Below are positions 61,219 through 64,000 of a stretch of 64,000 nucleotides of DNA, in pieces. The stretch covers positions 7,170 through 71,169 of the forward strand of contig JANDJC010000008.1 in the NCBI GenBank assembly GCA_024331045.1, read 5' to 3'. The notes beneath the pieces are model-generated. The model ran no database searches. It saw only the letters and a list, made by a program, of their open reading frames with translations, and was not told the DNA's origin. Source of the DNA: Nitrospira sp. GTDB lineage: Bacteria; Nitrospirota; Nitrospiria; Nitrospirales; Nitrospiraceae. How positions within the stretch are numbered: position 1 is the stretch's first letter; each line of letters starts with the position of its first letter. The position numbers and the translations under genes are program-made.

Positions 61219-61872
61219 TCAGCCGATTGAGCGTGTGTTCCAAAGCCAAGCGGGCTGTTTCGAGCATCTCGTCGTCCGCCTCCTTGGGAACCCAGAGGGG
61301 CTCTCCATAAAGAAACAACCCTTTTGAGAATGGATAGGGGACCATGTATCGATCCCAACTCGCGAAGAGTTTTTTTTTGAACAGGCAAAGGCGAGGGGTA
61401 TGATCGGCAAACCGGTCGCCTTGGCCAACTGAATGACGCCCAGCTTCGCCACCTGGCGAGGCCCCTTGGGACCATCCGGCGTTACGACCACGTCTCGTCC
61501 CGATCGACCCACTTTGATCAAGGCACGAAGCGCGCCGGCGCCTCCCCGCGTGCTCGATCCCCGCACCGCTTGGTGACCAAAACGAGCAATGATGCGCGCG
61601 ATGATCTCTCCATCCCCATGTTGGCTGATCAACACATGGGACCCCGTCCCCCGGTAGCCCATCGGAATCATCAACTGTTGGGCGTGCCAAAAGGCGAGCA
61701 CGATGTGACGACCATCTCGGTAGAGGGCATCGACTGCCTCATGGCCACGGGTTTCGCAGCGCATGGTGCGGAACAAGACACGAATCAAGACCGCCGCGAT
61801 TGGAGGCAGCAACGAACAAGCCGCCCACCGTCCAATCCGCTTGCGCAAGCCGTTTTTCTTCTCCCTACTCAA
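61219..61872 (-). CDS. DUF374 lysophospholipid acyltransferase-like protein, frame-split at an A9 tract
   Basis: FWH, ISQHGDGE, RGSSTRGG, TPDGPKGP in frame 0. The conserved C-terminal SWDRYMVPYPFS is in the -1 frame. Confidence 0.88.
   Translation of the reverse strand: MSREKKNGLRKRIGRWAACSLLPPIAAVLIRVLFRTMRCETRGHEAVDALYRDGRHIVLAFWHAQQLMIPMGYRGTGSHVLISQHGDGEIIARIIARFGHQAVRGSSTRGGAGALRALIKVGRSGRDVVVTPDGPKGPRQVAKLGVIQLAKATGLPIIPLAFACSKKNSSRVGIDTWSPIHSQKGCFFMESPSGFPRRRTTRCSKQPAWLWNTRSIG
61369..61378 (-). other. Slippery site TCA AAA AAA AAC (A9; A_AAA_AAC heptamer)
   Basis: T9 at 61370-61378 on the + strand, located exactly at the frame switch. Confidence 0.7.
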
Positions 61873-63635
61873 TACTCAGCCCTTGTCATGCTCTCGGATG
61901 TGATGTCTTGAAACTGCATGGTATAGAGGCGATGGTACATGCCTCTCCGCCGCAACAGTTCCTCATGAGTTCCCATTTCTACGATCGACCCGCGATCCAG
62001 CACGACAATACGGTCGGCATTTTGCACGGTGGACAACCGATGGGCGATGACGAGCGTTGTCCGATTTTTCATCAAATTCACCAACGCCAGTTGTACCATC
62101 CGCTCGGATTCCGTATCCAACGCCGACGTCGCTTCGTCAAGAATCAGCAAGGGCGGATCCCGCAGAATCGCCCGCGCGATCGCCAGCCGTTGCCGCTCAC
62201 CGCCCGATAACTTCACCCCCCGTTCGCCAATGACCGTATCGTAGCCCTGGGGAAGACGCACGATGAAGTCGTGGGCATAGGCCGCCTTGGCCGCCTGTTC
62301 GATCTCGATCATCGTCGCCCCCGTTCGCCCAAAGGCCAAATTGTTTTTCACCGTGTCGTCAAACAGAACCACATCTTGGGACACAACGCCGATCTGCGCA
62401 CGCAACGACCGCAACTGATAGTCCGTGAGGGGCCTGCCATCCAACAGAATCCGGCCCTCCGTCGGCTCATAAAACCGCGGCAACAAGCTGATCAACGTCG
62501 TCTTGCCGCTTCCGCTGCTCCCCACCAATGCCACGACCTCGCCGACTTTGATCGAAAGGTCGATCCCCGCAAGAGCGGGGATCGCGTGATTGTCGTAGCG
62601 CAACGATACCTTCTGAAATTCGACACCAGTGTTGATCTTCTCAAGCGGAATAGCCCCCGGCTCCTGCAATCGCTCGGTGGGAAGATCCATCACGTCGTAG
62701 ACCCGCTCGGCAGCAGCCAACGCCTGCTGGATGATATTGTTCGCGCCAGACAGTTTGCGGATCGGGGTATAGGCCATCAGCATGGCAGCCATAAAAGAAA
62801 ACAAGGAGCCAGGAGTCATGTCGCCGTGAATCACTAGATATCCCCCGTACCAAATGATGCCCGCCACCCCGATCACCCCGATCACTTCCATGTGCGACGA
62901 TCCGATCGACCAGACTTGATTCGCCTTTAACGTGGTCGCCAAGAACGCTTTATTGTACTCCTTGAATCGGGCTGCCTCGGCATCCTCTCTCCCAAACGCC
63001 TTCACCATCTTGATTCCCGCCAGCGTCTCTTGCAACATGGATGAAAGGTCGCCCATCTGCTCCTGTCCGCTTGTCGCCAGTTTCCGCAACCGTTTGCCGA
63101 TCCTGACCATCGTCGCCACCGACAGGGGAATGACGATTGCTGAAATCGCCGCCAACTTCCAATTTTGATAGAAGATGACACCCACCATGGCCACGAACGT
63201 TAACGCGTTCTGAAAAATATCCTTCAAGACGTTTGACGCCGCGCCGGCCATCAAGTTGACGTCATTGACCACTCGCGACACCAAGCGCCCTGACGTATTG
63301 GCGTCGTGAAATCCAACCGGCAGCCGGACCAGATGATGCACCAGCTCCTGTCGAATGTCGGCCACAATGCGATTGGTGACATAGGCCATGAGATAGCCAA
63401 CACCATAGCTGAAGAGTGCTTTGAACACTGCAACACCCATCAACACCACGGGCAAGAGCAACCACAGACGTTCGTTCTTCTCGATAAAGATGCCATCCAG
63501 CACCGGCTTTGCAAGCCAAGCATAGACTCCACTTAACAGAGCCACCATACCCGAGCAAACCAACGCCCCGATGAACCGGCCCCGGTAGGGCTTGACGTAC
63601 CGCAACAGTCGTTTGAATCGATCTATGCTCGACAT
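61869..63635 (-). CDS. msbA: Lipid A export ABC transporter
   Basis: TM domain plus GSSGSGKT, LSGGERQR, LDEATSALD. Lies next to lpxB and lpxK. Confidence 0.94.
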   Translation of the reverse strand: MSSIDRFKRLLRYVKPYRGRFIGALVCSGMVALLSGVYAWLAKPVLDGIFIEKNERLWLLLPVVLMGVAVFKALFSYGVGYLMAYVTNRIVADIRQELVHHLVRLPVGFHDANTSGRLVSRVVNDVNLMAGAASNVLKDIFQNALTFVAMVGVIFYQNWKLAAISAIVIPLSVATMVRIGKRLRKLATSGQEQMGDLSSMLQETLAGIKMVKAFGREDAEAARFKEYNKAFLATTLKANQVWSIGSSHMEVIGVIGVAGIIWYGGYLVIHGDMTPGSLFSFMAAMLMAYTPIRKLSGANNIIQQALAAAERVYDVMDLPTERLQEPGAIPLEKINTGVEFQKVSLRYDNHAIPALAGIDLSIKVGEVVALVGSSGSGKTTLISLLPRFYEPTEGRILLDGRPLTDYQLRSLRAQIGVVSQDVVLFDDTVKNNLAFGRTGATMIEIEQAAKAAYAHDFIVRLPQGYDTVIGERGVKLSGGERQRLAIARAILRDPPLLILDEATSALDTESERMVQLALVNLMKNRTTLVIAHRLSTVQNADRIVVLDRGSIVEMGTHEELLRRRGMYHRLYTMQFQDITSESMTRAEY

Positions 63636-64000
63636 GACGCCAACACAATCTCTGCCGCTCTAAGCGACGCCCCTGGCTGGCCGAGCGCCGCGCGCACCTT
63701 CGCCAAGCCGCGCTTCATTTCATCATAGGCCCATCGATCTTCCAAGAGGCGTCGGGCCTCCTCGTACAACCGCTCGCCAGTCGCATCCCACTGAATCAGC
63801 TCCGGCACGACGGTCCGGCCTGCCACCAAGTTGACCAACCCAATCCATTTCACCCGGATCAGCACACAGGCCAGCCAGAACGTAAGGGCATTGGTCCGGT
63901 AGATCAAAATCAACGGCGTGCCGATCACTGCCGCCTGAAGGGTAGCAGTGCCCGATGCGACCCAGGCCAAATCCGCCGCTGCCATGACGTCACCGGCCCG
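63623..64000 (-). CDS. lpxB: Lipid-A-disaccharide synthase (3' part; starts beyond window)
   Basis: ASGTATL, IGLVNLVAG..VVPELIQ, LGQPGAS.RAA. Confidence 0.93.
   Translation of the reverse strand, partial: RAGDVMAAADLAWVASGTATLQAAVIGTPLILIYRTNALTFWLACVLIRVKWIGLVNLVAGRTVVPELIQWDATGERLYEEARRLLEDRWAYDEMKRGLAKVRAALGQPGASLRAAEIVLASCRA

Noticed and set aside
59813-61690. 625-aa ORF as a genuine single gene starting at 61690
   Set aside because: Its first ~105 aa are an off-frame reading of DUF374. Real homology begins only at the A9 tract.

Overview
The whole window is one minus-strand lipopolysaccharide/surface-glycan super-locus. Gene content and fusions (WaaF-GmhB, EPS-type MarR plus UpxY) suggest a Nitrospira-like bacterium; that taxonomy is inference. 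In transcription order (right to left) it contains: (1) lipid A/Kdo/core genes lpxB', msbA, DUF374, kdtA, lpxK, waaF-gmhB and GT9s; (2) a MarR regulator, a UpxY/NusG antiterminator, a DegT aminotransferase, rfbBA-C, and decayed gmd and fcl; (3) a visibly more AT-rich ~30 kb block (~13.4-43.3 kb) with two nonulosonate modules, a WbuX/HisF/HisH amidotransferase trio, a sulfotransferase plus cysC, wzx and several unknown genes; (4) a WecA-like gene, GT25, waaL, GT2s, a PglF-like dehydratase, rfbD, kdsC and manC'. Best leads: (a) a DUF4258-DUF2283 toxin-antitoxin-like cassette sits between rfbA and rfbC inside a perfect 57-bp duplication of the rfbA/rfbC junction, with short linker ORFs that appear to preserve translational coupling; it is one of four co-oriented TA cassettes in different states of decay, with no integrase or transposase in the window; (b) an A9 / A_AAA_AAC slippery site in DUF374 whose -1 frame completes the domain and runs without a stop into kdtA; (c) an uncharacterised KDN-like ulosonate module and a probably sulfated, amidinated glycan. 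No rRNA, tRNA, CRISPR array or transposase was seen. All product calls come from motif recognition by eye, not from database searches.
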